DNA of 64,000 nt from Candidatus Aenigmatarchaeota archaeon (GCA_043814985.1 JBDRJK010000011.1:10710-74709), one strand, 5' to 3'. Shown: positions 20,082 through 29,984, counted from the first letter of the stretch. The notes: generated by a model from the sequence alone, not told the origin. Made by a program: numbers and translations.

Positions 20082-20654
20082 ATGCCAAACATTACGGAAA
20101 GTATACAAAAAGAAATGAAGAGCTTACCTACTAATTTTGTACTTATGGTATTAGTCGATTCTATTAATTATTCAAAGGTTAATTTAGGTATACTTGATTA
20201 TATTATAAATAAAATGCAGGTAGGCGGAGTTTATATCTCTGTAAACAGGCCGGCTGACAGTATGATAAAAACCTTACAAGAAAAAAACATTAACACAAAA
20301 AAGATGTTTTTTATAGATTGTATATCCAAGACAGTCAGTGGAAAGATGGAGAGGAAAGAAAACATTTTATACGCAACCTCACCAGAGAACCTAACTGATA
20401 TTGGTTTTGCAATATCACAAATAATAAAATCGACAAAATCACCAGATTATTTTTTATTTTTGGATTCAGTTTCGACTCTGTTGATATATAATAGTGTAAG
20501 AAGCGTTGCCAAATTCAGCCATTTTTTAATAAATATAATAAGAATGAATAATTTAAAAGGGGTTGTAATGTCCGTAGAAAAGGAAACAGATAAATTTGTT
20601 AGGAGAACGCTCTATGTTTTATCTGATAAAGTAATCAATTTTGGAGGCAAATAG
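20082..20654 (+). CDS. KaiC/RecA-fold-like (DUF835-like) cytoplasmic protein, no Walker A evident
   Basis: 190 aa; beta-alpha pattern 'VLMVLVDS...GGVYISVNRP...FFIDCIS...FLFLDSVSTL'. Confidence 0.3.
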   Translation: MPNITESIQKEMKSLPTNFVLMVLVDSINYSKVNLGILDYIINKMQVGGVYISVNRPADSMIKTLQEKNINTKKMFFIDCISKTVSGKMERKENILYATSPENLTDIGFAISQIIKSTKSPDYFLFLDSVSTLLIYNSVRSVAKFSHFLINIIRMNNLKGVVMSVEKETDKFVRRTLYVLSDKVINFGGK

Positions 20655-21042
20655 TATGGCTCAAATCCCATTTTTATTAGGTGTAACTTCCTTGCTTATC
20701 ATGATGGTAGCAGTAGTAATATTTACTATTTCTTATAGAAGACTCTCGAAAGGAGAGTTCAAAAAAATTTTAAAATGGCTGCTACTCGGATTTTATTTCA
20801 TGGTAATTCCTTATAGTTTATTTGTAAGTCGGGAAATAGGTTTATTAGAAGAATATCACGAAACTATAAGTTTGACTATATATTCTTTCATGGTTATCAC
20901 AGGTTTATGTATTCTTAAATCGTCATTTGTATTAAATAATTTTTCAAAAATTTTTGGGTTTGCTGATATAGGAGAAGAGTTCTCCAAAACATTCACAGAT
21001 AATAGCAAAAATACAAGTAAGAGAAAAGAGGAGGCTGGGTGA
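20641..21042 (+). CDS. integral membrane protein (4 TM)
   Basis: Hydrophobic segments; 14-nt overlap with upstream gene. Confidence 0.4.
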   Translation: MEANSMAQIPFLLGVTSLLIMMVAVVIFTISYRRLSKGEFKKILKWLLLGFYFMVIPYSLFVSREIGLLEEYHETISLTIYSFMVITGLCILKSSFVLNNFSKIFGFADIGEEFSKTFTDNSKNTSKRKEEAG

Positions 21043-21043
21043 A

Positions 21044-21829
21044 ATGAAAAGAAATGAATTGATAGGAATTGGAGCGGCAATAGCCATGCCTCTTTTGATT
21101 TATGGAATTTCTAATTTACAAGGAATATACTTTACCTTTTCGTCTATAGTCCTGCATTTTATAATAGAACTTTTTAGCATTATTGTGGGAATAGTAATAT
21201 TTTACTTTGCAGTTCAAGGATTTAGAAAAACAGGAGACAGACAAATTCTCTTATTAGGTTCTGCATTCTTGCTGCTGGGATTGATTGATATGTTTCATAC
21301 ATTTGCTTTCAAGAATATGCCCGCTATCATTGTTCCTACTGGGGCAGCATATGCCACTTACTATTGGATTTTAAGCAAAGTATTTGGAGTAGTTTTATTG
21401 TTTCTAAGCATTTTACTACCTAATGCTGTTGTCAATGAAAAATATAGAAAAAAACTAGTTTCGTGTGCTACAGTAAGCATAGTCATCTTTTCGCTTTTCA
21501 TTGGCTGGTTTGTTGCAAATTATATTGAAATCTTACCTCCAGTTTTTATTGAAGGGGTAGGCCTAACTCCATTAAAGATATACTTGGAATATTCTGTAAT
21601 GCTTTTGCTTGCTGTAACTTCTTTAATCTGTTTAAGAATGTTCATGAAAACCGGCAACAAAGTGTTGTACTGGTTTATTCTCGGCTTCATTTTCTTTATA
21701 ATGAGCGAACTAAGCTTTACATTCTACAAAGACGTATGGGATACTTACATATGGCTAGGGCATCTGTTCAAAGTTGCTTCTTACAGCCTCTTTCTAATGG
21801 GATTAGTCCGATTGGGTAAAAAATCTTAA
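21044..21829 (+). CDS. polytopic membrane protein (7-8 TM), sensor-domain-like
   Basis: 261 aa; TM helices; 'LLGLIDMFHTFAF' motif; immediately follows 20641 gene. Confidence 0.45.
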   Translation: MKRNELIGIGAAIAMPLLIYGISNLQGIYFTFSSIVLHFIIELFSIIVGIVIFYFAVQGFRKTGDRQILLLGSAFLLLGLIDMFHTFAFKNMPAIIVPTGAAYATYYWILSKVFGVVLLFLSILLPNAVVNEKYRKKLVSCATVSIVIFSLFIGWFVANYIEILPPVFIEGVGLTPLKIYLEYSVMLLLAVTSLICLRMFMKTGNKVLYWFILGFIFFIMSELSFTFYKDVWDTYIWLGHLFKVASYSLFLMGLVRLGKKS

Positions 21830-21901
21830 TTACTTTTTCTCAGGCTCATTTCTCTTAAACCTAGCAAAAACTAACTAAATAGACAAGAGTTTAAGATAAG
21901 A

Positions 21902-22153
21902 CTATTTCTTCATGCCTTTCAAGATGAAAGTGAAGATTAACCATGCTAAAAACCCGTATATCACGCCGTTGAAGACTGCTGAGACCATGGTTGTCGTGGC
22001 TATTCCCAATATTGGTTCATCGACAGCAGGAATTCCTAGTATGTCGTATATCTGTCTTCCAACTGGAAAGTCTGGATATATCAACGTAAATACCAATAAT
22101 ACCACGAAGACAATCAAGAATAATGTTGCACCTCTCATAATTTTAACTTTCAA
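21902..22153 (-). CDS. small membrane protein (2 TM)
   Basis: 83 aa hydrophobic. Confidence 0.35.
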   Translation of the reverse strand: MKVKIMRGATLFLIVFVVLLVFTLIYPDFPVGRQIYDILGIPAVDEPILGIATTTMVSAVFNGVIYGFLAWLIFTFILKGMKK

Positions 22154-22174
22154 GAAGGTCGGTTAAATACTTAA

Positions 22175-22717
22175 CTATTTCTTGCTCGGCTTGCTTCTTC
22201 TCTCAAAGCCCCTTTGCAGGCTTCTGGATTTCTTTCCCGCAGATGTCAAGCCTCTGAAAGCTCTTCTCTTGGTGTTGCAAACCCAATTCAATTTTTTATC
22301 ATTCTTTATGCATGAATGTTCTGGATCTACCATAATGACCTCGAACCACTTGTGCTTGCCATCCTCGGCAACGTAGTAAGAATTCAATACTTCAAGGTTG
22401 GGGAACTTCCTGTTGGCCCTCATCTCTGATATGTGCTGCATATTCATCTTGGGGTTCATCTTAGTAAGACCAGAGTGAGCAGGCTTCCTACCGCCAGAGG
22501 GCTTCTCCCTCTTCGAGGAACCCTTGCCAATCCTTATCCTTGTCATGACAAAGCCCTGCTTGGCCTTGTAGCCTAAGGCATGAGCCCTGTCCAGACGGGT
22601 GGGTTTGTCTATTCTTATTAGAACAGGTTCCTTTCTCCAAGAAATGAGCCTTTTCTTCATTACTTCTTTATGCTCTTCGCTTCTCCAAAATAATTTCATG
22701 TACTTTTGATAACCCAC
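22175..22717 (-). CDS. rpl15e: ribosomal protein L15e
   Basis: 'MGYQKYMKLFWRSEE...' L15e N-terminus; highly basic 180 aa. Confidence 0.9.
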   Translation of the reverse strand: MGYQKYMKLFWRSEEHKEVMKKRLISWRKEPVLIRIDKPTRLDRAHALGYKAKQGFVMTRIRIGKGSSKREKPSGGRKPAHSGLTKMNPKMNMQHISEMRANRKFPNLEVLNSYYVAEDGKHKWFEVIMVDPEHSCIKNDKKLNWVCNTKRRAFRGLTSAGKKSRSLQRGFERRSKPSKK

Positions 22718-22808
22718 TCACATCACCTTAAAGGTTTCAAGCTAATGAATATATAGATACCACGCAAGGGTTTTTATTCTTTATGGTTCTTAGAAAACTT
22801 TTTATATC

Positions 22809-23054
22809 TTGAATATTATAAAGAAATCAGGTGAATTAATGGGTATAGGTAAAATATTGATTGGAATCGTACTGGTCGTAATCGGCTTGTGGGCAATTGT
22901 ACCAATTTCCTGGAGCGGTTTGGGATTGTGGGAAGAACTGTACACAGTTGTCAAGGGCATTCTGCCAGCATTTGTAGTATTCATAGGAGCAGTGCTGGTC
23001 TGGATCGAGTCAGAAGAGCTGAAGGTTTCAAAGCCCAAGAGAAAAAGACGCTAG
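22809..23054 (+). CDS. small membrane protein (2 TM)
   Basis: 81 aa; hydrophobic, basic tail. Confidence 0.35.
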   Translation: MNIIKKSGELMGIGKILIGIVLVVIGLWAIVPISWSGLGLWEELYTVVKGILPAFVVFIGAVLVWIESEELKVSKPKRKRR

Positions 23055-24040
23055 ATTCTCAGGCTTTCTATTCTGTCTCTTTCAAGGGGGAAGACCTTTA
23101 CAGGCTTTACTAATTTTTCTTTTCCATATTTTACAAGAGTTTCTTCTTTAGAATCAGAGTATCTGGCTGTCAGCTTGGCTGCCAAGTTTATTGCCTTCTT
23201 TGTCTTCGGTCCTTTCAGAATCGTTATGGGGCTTCCCCAGTAGGGAGCTTCGAACATGTAGTCTGTTTTATTCTTCATTGCCTTTAGCATGTTGTTCTCA
23301 ATCTCGTTCCTGCCGACAATTATCTTGTTCTTCCCATGTCTGAAGTGCCTTCCCAGTTTCAACAGTTCAATGTCCTCTGGTTTAATTGCTCTCTTGTGCT
23401 TGAATAAATCTCTGATTTTTGCTGCGAACTCGGTATTGCAGAGTATGCAGCCTCCTGCAGGGTTTGGGAAATCCTTCAGCTTGAACCTTCTTGCCAGATC
23501 AAACTGCGGCTCCCTCCTTCTCCCGCTTATATCCAAAAGCTTGCTTCTGTCAACCCACTTCTTCTTTTCAGCCTCTGTTTCAGGCAACAGCTTTGCTGAC
23601 AAAGGTCTTAGCAGCTTCCCCTTTAATCCTGCTTTTGTCTCGATCAATTCCATGGCGCTTCTGTTCTGGCTCATCGGCCTTTCACCGACAACCTCTCCTG
23701 TGAAAATGAACTTGGCTTTTATTTTTTTGGCATAAACTTTTGCCTTTTTCAGCATGAATATCCTGCAATCGATGCAAGGGTTCATGCCGACTCCGTGACC
23801 GTGCTTTGGTTTTTTTACTAATCTAATATATTCCTGGAATTCTTTGCCCTTTGTCACATCAACAATATGCAAAGGAGTTTCTTCGACTTGTGTGAACTTG
23901 AAAGCGCAGTCAGATAGACAGCATCCCTTGAAGGGGAGCTTGAAGTGCAATGCTTCTACTCTTATTCCCTGCTCTTGTATTAGTTTTATTGCCAGTCTGC
24001 TGTCCAAACCGCCGGATAACAGTCCCAGTGCCTTTACCAT
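23051..24040 (-). CDS. PP-loop ATPase, ThiI/MnmA-like tRNA thiolation family
   Basis: 'LLSGGLDS' PP-loop; Cys motifs 'CIDCR'; start set at MVKALG (TATA-like 'tttttaaat' ~26 nt upstream; ORF-track start extends further). Confidence 0.55.
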   Translation of the reverse strand: MVKALGLLSGGLDSRLAIKLIQEQGIRVEALHFKLPFKGCCLSDCAFKFTQVEETPLHIVDVTKGKEFQEYIRLVKKPKHGHGVGMNPCIDCRIFMLKKAKVYAKKIKAKFIFTGEVVGERPMSQNRSAMELIETKAGLKGKLLRPLSAKLLPETEAEKKKWVDRSKLLDISGRRREPQFDLARRFKLKDFPNPAGGCILCNTEFAAKIRDLFKHKRAIKPEDIELLKLGRHFRHGKNKIIVGRNEIENNMLKAMKNKTDYMFEAPYWGSPITILKGPKTKKAINLAAKLTARYSDSKEETLVKYGKEKLVKPVKVFPLERDRIESLRI

Positions 24041-24110
24041 AATAGAAATCATTATAGAGAATTTAAAAACAATGCACAAGTTTAAATTTTTTTCTCCCTG
24101 AAATGTTATT

Positions 24111-24551
24111 ATGACAGACTCCGGAACACACATAAGATTAAGAGCGCATCATGTTGACACACTTTCTTATTTAGACGGTATATGGTCAAGGAATTTTCTT
24201 GGGATAGAATATGGCAAAAAATTTGTGGAGAACATGGAAGCATTGAAGAATAGAATTACGCCTGACACTTATATTGAAATCGTCTCAGGCTTGGATGACA
24301 TGTGCATTAATTTTGGGTGCCCTCGTGTTGAGTATTGCAGGGCAGGTGATTATGAAGCTTGGCGCAGGGATGTTATCAAGAGAATAGAGGAATCTGATTT
24401 AATACCTGTATTTAAAGAAGTCCTCAAAAAGAACGTGATTAAGAGCGAAAGCCCTGAGGCGCTTGATGCAGAAGCTATTGAAAGATACTATCTTAAAAAT
24501 ATTATTGATAGAGGCCCGATTCTCAAGTTTGAGAGCATTAAGAGATTTTGA
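24111..24551 (+). CDS. hypothetical Cys/His-containing protein (DUF1284-like?)
   Basis: 146 aa; 'RAHHV', 'CINFGCPRVEYC'. Confidence 0.3.
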   Translation: MTDSGTHIRLRAHHVDTLSYLDGIWSRNFLGIEYGKKFVENMEALKNRITPDTYIEIVSGLDDMCINFGCPRVEYCRAGDYEAWRRDVIKRIEESDLIPVFKEVLKKNVIKSESPEALDAEAIERYYLKNIIDRGPILKFESIKRF

Positions 24552-24586
24552 AAAATATTTAAGCCGGCTTTATCAAGCTATTATAT

Positions 24587-25063
24587 ATGAGGGAATCCCT
24601 GAAAACAGGATTTAATTTTGGCCTAACTTCAGGAATAATTACAACCCTTGGTCTTATGGTAGGATTGCATTCTGGGACGCACTCGACGCTTGCTGTTATC
24701 GGAGGCATTTTGACAATAGCAATAGCAGACGCTTTCTCTGATTCATTAGGTATTCATGTCTGCGAGGAGTCAGAGAACAAGCACACGACAAAGGAAATAT
24801 GGGAAGCTACAATCTCCACATTCTTGACCAAGTTCTTTTTCGCATTGACCTTTTTTATCCCGGTTTTTTTGTTTGAGCTTGATACAGCAATTATAGTAAG
24901 CATTGCATGGGGATTGTCAATGATAAGCGTTCTCAGTTTTAACATGGCTAGAAAGGAAAAGGAACCTTATTGGAAAGTTATAGGAGAGCATATTGCTATT
25001 GCACTTGTAGTTATAACCATAACTCATTTTGTCGGGGACTGGATAGCAGTTACGTTTGTTTAG
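24587..25063 (+). CDS. VIT1/CCC1-family-like membrane protein
   Basis: 'FGLTSGIITTLGLMVGL' Gly-rich TM pattern; 4-5 TM. Confidence 0.4.
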   Translation: MRESLKTGFNFGLTSGIITTLGLMVGLHSGTHSTLAVIGGILTIAIADAFSDSLGIHVCEESENKHTTKEIWEATISTFLTKFFFALTFFIPVFLFELDTAIIVSIAWGLSMISVLSFNMARKEKEPYWKVIGEHIAIALVVITITHFVGDWIAVTFV

Positions 25064-25070
25064 AATTAAG

Positions 25071-25087
25071 TCCTGCCCTCCGCATTA
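25071..25087. repeat. 17-bp GC-rich direct repeat 'tcctgccctccgcatta' (copy 1)
   Basis: Exact second copy at 25588..25604; brackets the PAS gene. Confidence 0.7.
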
Positions 25088-25152
25088 CGCTTGCCCTACA
25101 AAGAGTATGGGTTATTTTAAATCTTCTGACTTGCAAATAAATCTGTGTTTAA

Positions 25153-25557
25153 ATGATAGGACAAATACCAAAAGATGTTTTGGAATCATTATTAGAGACT
25201 ATTCCTGTAGAGTTTTCTATTCTTGATGAGAATGACAAAGTATTGGCTTGGAACAAGCATGACACAAGAATTTTCAAAAGACCTGAAGGTGTTATTGGAA
25301 GGGACGTCAGGAACTGCCATCCAAAAAAGAGCCTTGAAAAAGTAGAAAAAATAATACAAGAAATGAAAGATGGCAAAAGGGATGTGGTAGAATTCTACAT
25401 AGACTTACCTATCGGTGAAAGCAAGGATAAGCATAAGATTTTAATCAGATATTTTGCTCTGCGTGACAAGAAAAATAAATATCTGGGTTGTCTTGAGGTT
25501 ACTCAAGACATTACACATATCCAAAAGTTAAAGGGCGAAAAGAGACTACTTGATTGA
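25153..25557 (+). CDS. PAS-domain protein
   Basis: 134 aa; PAS-like fold pattern; flanked by 17-bp direct repeats. Confidence 0.45.
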   Translation: MIGQIPKDVLESLLETIPVEFSILDENDKVLAWNKHDTRIFKRPEGVIGRDVRNCHPKKSLEKVEKIIQEMKDGKRDVVEFYIDLPIGESKDKHKILIRYFALRDKKNKYLGCLEVTQDITHIQKLKGEKRLLD

Positions 25558-25587
25558 AGCTGGTAAAAAGTGGAATGATAGTAGCGT

Positions 25588-25604
25588 TCCTGCCCTCCGC
25601 ATTA
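25588..25604. repeat. 17-bp direct repeat (copy 2)
   Basis: Identical to 25071..25087. Confidence 0.7.
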
Positions 25605-25763
25605 ATCAATAAATAATTCCAGCAACAATTCTCTCTATGGAACTTTCTTCTAATGCTTCGCTTTGCGCTAAGTGTAAAGGACGAATATAATTTAATTTTC
25701 ATTAAGTTATTTTCACATAAGGTGGTTAATAATCAATAAATATTCCACCAACAATATTTAGTT

Positions 25764-26999
25764 ATGGATAATGGAATAGTTGATTTCTGGTCTTTACCCC
25801 ATGACAAAATTTATTTAAATTTAGAAAATGAATTAAAGGAAAAAATTTTCAATTCTTCAAAAGAATATGCTGGGAGCTGGAGCAAATTAGGAAAATGTCT
25901 TGGCCTTTCCCTAAACAAATATGGAAGCTGTAAAATTATAGAAAGTGCTAGATGTAAAAAATTTAGTTTATTTTTACTTGATAAAATTATAGATTATTTG
26001 AATTCTAATGGCGAGAAAATAGATAAGAAGAATATAGAAAAGAAAATAACAGTACTTTCCTCTAAAAGAGGAGGTTCAAACAAGTTAGCCAACAGTATTT
26101 TCAATCCAAAGATACCCTTTAATTTTAATACTGTTGACGGTGCTACTGTCCTTTCTTCCATTTTTTATGATGGTGGAATTAACAGCAACCTATTGCCTCA
26201 TTATAGTAATCCAGACAATGTAGAACTGAGGAAAAGTGTGTTCGATTCTTTCACAAATGTTTTTGGCACATTCAAATCTAAAAAAAGCAACCCCTTAGAA
26301 AATCCTCAGCTATACTTCCCAAAAATAGTCGGAGTAATTCTTGTTTATGGTTTAGGATTATCTTATGGAAGAAAAGTTGTAAATAATCCATCCATACCAG
26401 AATTCTTATTTGAATCCTCTGAAGAAATAAAATCATCATTTCTTCGACAAGCCTTTGATGATGAAGGCTCTGTCCACAAGACTAAAAGAAATATAAGTTT
26501 CAAATTGGCCTCTTCTTCTGAAAGACCTGCTAAACTTCTTACCGGTGTAAAATGTCTGTTAGAGAGTCTAAACATAGAGAGCAATGGTCCTCATTATGTT
26601 GATACATACAATACTAAGAACGGCATTACAGCTTCCAGATGGAGAATATCTGTAACACATCAAGATAATTTAAAAAAGTTTTATGAAAAAATTGGTTTTC
26701 ATTCATCCTATAAGAAAAATAGACTTAAGAATATTATTCATACATTAAAATACCCTCATTATTCTGTTAAAAATAGAAACAAAATTATTATAAAATCTTG
26801 CAGTGAACTTCAAAAAAGATACGGTTTTATAACTAGCAGAGAACTTGCAATACAAATCGACAGAAGTCGGGTCTTAGCTAAAAAGGTTATTCGAAAATTA
26901 GTAGATAGGAAAGTTCTCTTAGTTAAAGAATGCCGCCATGGAAATATGGGAGCTAAATATGTTTTAAGTGATAATTATGAATCTTTGTGTAAGATGTAA
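25764..26999 (+). CDS. LAGLIDADG-like double-motif endonuclease-like protein with C-terminal wHTH
   Basis: Motifs 'LSSIFYDGGIN' and 'SFLRQAFDDEGSV' (LAGLIDADG-like); C-terminal 'ITSRELAIQIDRSRVLAKKVIRKLVDRKVL'. Confidence 0.5.
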   Translation: MDNGIVDFWSLPHDKIYLNLENELKEKIFNSSKEYAGSWSKLGKCLGLSLNKYGSCKIIESARCKKFSLFLLDKIIDYLNSNGEKIDKKNIEKKITVLSSKRGGSNKLANSIFNPKIPFNFNTVDGATVLSSIFYDGGINSNLLPHYSNPDNVELRKSVFDSFTNVFGTFKSKKSNPLENPQLYFPKIVGVILVYGLGLSYGRKVVNNPSIPEFLFESSEEIKSSFLRQAFDDEGSVHKTKRNISFKLASSSERPAKLLTGVKCLLESLNIESNGPHYVDTYNTKNGITASRWRISVTHQDNLKKFYEKIGFHSSYKKNRLKNIIHTLKYPHYSVKNRNKIIIKSCSELQKRYGFITSRELAIQIDRSRVLAKKVIRKLVDRKVLLVKECRHGNMGAKYVLSDNYESLCKM

Positions 27000-28191
27000 A
27001 GGTACTAGGATTTTATGTGGAAAAAGTAGTTGTCCATTGTTGATAAAGTTCTATAGTTATATGAGAACTAAACCACTTATTGATTCGACTACTCTCAATG
27101 GTTCATCGCCACCAGCTTGCTTTGTAGGTTCTTATGGATATCCCAAGGTTTTCGTGGGGCCCTTGGTGCCGCCGAAACACGGTGACACCAGCTTCATGGA
27201 CACGCCTGAGATGTGGAGGGGCAAGACAATGTGGGACATAGTCGACTTCAGGTTCCAGCTGGTGAGGGGCAAGTTCGTGACTGATGTCAAGAACTTTGAG
27301 GGAAAGATAATCGAGCGGACTAGGGAGATTGCCCTGGCTCAGGAGTCTCCCAGTGCTGAGGTTGAGTTCAAGAACAAACCAAGAGGATTATCCTTTAACA
27401 GTGAGACACAGCCCTTTGGTCCGTCGGCAAATGTCATTGGCCTTAATATTGAAAACAAGGGCTACAACAAGAAAATAGAAAAAGCGTTCTACGACACTGA
27501 CCTGAAGGCTGTGCCTGCTGTTGTTGATCTTTACAAGAACGGCGTGCTGATTTCAAAAATACAGAAGGCTTTTTCTGTGGGTGCGTTTGGAATCGGAAAG
27601 AGCAGGAGATTCGTTCCAACGCGCTGGAGCATAACAGCTGTTGATGACATGATTTCAAAACATCTCATAGAGCAGGTAAAAACATTCCCGCTGATAAACG
27701 AGTATCTGGTTTACGAGCACGCTGCTTTGGACAACCGCTGGTTTGTTTTAATGATACCACACGAATGGAGTTACGAGCAGATGGAAGCGTGGTATCCCAA
27801 GACATTGTGGAACCCGTCTGATGCAATTGACATATCAACAGCATGGGAAGGTTTCAACGGACTAAAGGGCTATCCGGATACAGCTGGCTGCTACTTTTCC
27901 ACGAGGCTGGCTGCCACCGAGTACCTTGCCAATGAAAGGAGGCAGGCTGCTGTAATAGTATTCAGGGAAATCCATCCAGGTTACACTGTTCCTGTGGGTG
28001 TCTGGCACACCCGAGAGAGCATAAGGGATGCTGTCAAGAAAACTCCTGTTAGATTCAGCTCAATGAGTGGCGCCTTGGACTATCTGTCAAAGAAGATGAC
28101 CATACCTGTTAAGAGGTGGGTTGAAAAATCCAGTCTTCTTAGGAACCTGATGCGACAGAGAAAGCTGTCAGACTTCATCAAGCCTTTCTAA
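26968..28191 (+). CDS. NreA-like DNA repair protein (DUF650/DUF651)
   Basis: N-terminal 'CVRCKGTRILCGKSSCP' and 'PPACFVGSYGYP'; ~400 aa. Confidence 0.5.
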   Translation: MIIMNLCVRCKGTRILCGKSSCPLLIKFYSYMRTKPLIDSTTLNGSSPPACFVGSYGYPKVFVGPLVPPKHGDTSFMDTPEMWRGKTMWDIVDFRFQLVRGKFVTDVKNFEGKIIERTREIALAQESPSAEVEFKNKPRGLSFNSETQPFGPSANVIGLNIENKGYNKKIEKAFYDTDLKAVPAVVDLYKNGVLISKIQKAFSVGAFGIGKSRRFVPTRWSITAVDDMISKHLIEQVKTFPLINEYLVYEHAALDNRWFVLMIPHEWSYEQMEAWYPKTLWNPSDAIDISTAWEGFNGLKGYPDTAGCYFSTRLAATEYLANERRQAAVIVFREIHPGYTVPVGVWHTRESIRDAVKKTPVRFSSMSGALDYLSKKMTIPVKRWVEKSSLLRNLMRQRKLSDFIKPF

Positions 28192-28217
28192 GATAATTTA
28201 AAGTAAGGGCTGTGCTA

Positions 28218-28868
28218 CTAGATGCCCAATAACATTGCAAGGGATTCAGAATCATGTCTCACGAAAGTTGCTCTGGGCCATTTTTTCTTTTGCTCTTTCT
28301 TGATTCTGTTTAGAGTACTGTTGTCAAACGACCTATAATCATCTGTTGCTATATTACAACCGAGTTCCACTGAAGCTACTGCCACTGAGAAATCTCCATT
28401 CTCTTTCAGAATTTCTGAAATAACAGGATATTTTTTTCGATAATATTCGGTTGGCATGAAGGCATTGCATACATTTTCTTTATTTTTTCTTAACCATTGT
28501 TTTATGTTTTCAGTCCCAGCCTTTTTTTCAAAGTTTCTGAGTTCTGCATAAACGTTATTTGTTATTACAGGGCAAATACCAGCATCAATGAGAAGTCCTT
28601 CTTCAATAGCATCAACTATTTTCATTCCCCTTTTATGATAAATAATGCTCTTTTTCATCAGAAATCCTCTTTTTTTCCCGTATGCGTGTTGTTGGCATTT
28701 TAAAAATTCATTTATATTCCTGCTTTCTTTTGGAATTACTGACGATATTAAAATATTCGTGTCAAAGACACTAATGTTTTCCCTTGGAATATTTACAAAT
28801 TTCTCGAAATTAATTTCATCCATGTATATGGATTTTGGATTTAATTTTTCCAGTGTCTCCATAAGCAA
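28218..28868 (-). CDS. PIN-domain nuclease-like protein
   Basis: 'SVFDTNILISS' PIN N-terminal acidic motif. Confidence 0.4.
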   Translation of the reverse strand: MLMETLEKLNPKSIYMDEINFEKFVNIPRENISVFDTNILISSVIPKESRNINEFLKCQQHAYGKKRGFLMKKSIIYHKRGMKIVDAIEEGLLIDAGICPVITNNVYAELRNFEKKAGTENIKQWLRKNKENVCNAFMPTEYYRKKYPVISEILKENGDFSVAVASVELGCNIATDDYRSFDNSTLNRIKKEQKKKWPRATFVRHDSESLAMLLGI

Positions 28869-28986
28869 AAAATGTGTATAAAGCTTTAAAAGTCTTTAAT
28901 TGGACTTCTTGAAAGCTGTCAGACTCCATCAAGCCCTTCTGAATAAACTTAAAGTACGGGCTGTGCTATTAATAATAGGTGAAAAA

Positions 28987-29661
28987 ATGAAAACAATAGT
29001 CGTTTTGGCAAGTTTGATTCTAATAGTAAGCTTTGCAGTTACAGCATTCGCAGCACAGGAGCAAATAGGTGTTGGAACAACAGCAACAGCAGTGAAGACA
29101 GCAGCAACACCAGCTGCAATACCAGTTAATCAGAAGAACCAGTTCAAACAAACACTGAGAAATTACTTCAAACCAGTTAATCACGGCTACGGCATAGGCT
29201 TTACAGAAGAGACCTATATAACAGCGAAGTGGCACATCACCAATGTCAAGATTTTGCCAAGGGTCAATGTCAATACAATGATAAGGGAAGTTAAGCAAGG
29301 AAACAACACTGACTGGGATGCTTTGAGAACTAGGATAAGAGAAGCATTGAATGCAGGAACCACTACTGTGAAAAAAGGCAGGATAAGAATAGAGGGAAGG
29401 GATTATGCCTTGACCAATATAGTTGTTTCTAGCGAATCAATAACAGCAGACATAAACCAGGTACCGAACTATTCGGCATGCAAGAATGATGACTTATCTG
29501 CAGAGGATTGTGAAACCAGTTCTGAGAAAGTAGGTGATATCTCAATGACAAAGAAGACCAAGGCAAGCCAGGAAGTGGCAGGCCGTGAGAAAGTATGGGC
29601 TGGAACTTTGACTCTCAATGGCATAGGGTACACATTCGTTACCTTCGTATATCCAAAGTGA
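28987..29661 (+). CDS. secreted protein with signal peptide
   Basis: 'MKTIVVLASLILIVSFAVTAFAAQEQ'; start chosen at MKT (ORF-track start is upstream). Confidence 0.5.
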   Translation: MKTIVVLASLILIVSFAVTAFAAQEQIGVGTTATAVKTAATPAAIPVNQKNQFKQTLRNYFKPVNHGYGIGFTEETYITAKWHITNVKILPRVNVNTMIREVKQGNNTDWDALRTRIREALNAGTTTVKKGRIRIEGRDYALTNIVVSSESITADINQVPNYSACKNDDLSAEDCETSSEKVGDISMTKKTKASQEVAGREKVWAGTLTLNGIGYTFVTFVYPK

Positions 29662-29665
29662 TTGA

Positions 29666-29947
29666 ATGAACAAATTGATTATAGCTGTGGTTATAGTGAT
29701 AATAGCAGCTGTGGCAATAATGATGCTGCCTCCAGCTAAACAGGAAACAGGAACATCAGACACAGTTACAATTCAGGAAGGGGCAACAGCAGAACAGACA
29801 ACAGTGGACGAGTCATACCTTCTAGAGGATTTGTACATCAGCATGCTAGAAGAGGAAATGGATGCCCTGGATATGGAACAGACAGACTACAACAGCGAGA
29901 TGGAAGAACAACTAGCTTCTGATATGAGCCAATTCTATTACGAATGA
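29666..29947 (+). CDS. membrane-anchored acidic protein
   Basis: N-terminal TM 'LIIAVVIVIIAAVAIMML', acidic C-terminus. Confidence 0.4.
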   Translation: MNKLIIAVVIVIIAAVAIMMLPPAKQETGTSDTVTIQEGATAEQTTVDESYLLEDLYISMLEEEMDALDMEQTDYNSEMEEQLASDMSQFYYE

Positions 29948-29984
29948 TTTTCTTTTTCTTTTGTTTTAATTTATTTAGAATTAG

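Noticed and set aside
25064-25110. Possible tRNA gene or tRNA 3'-fragment at the GC-rich 17-mer
   Set aside because: No T-stem or acceptor-stem pairing partner and no anticodon arm could be built around either copy. Kept only as a repeat.
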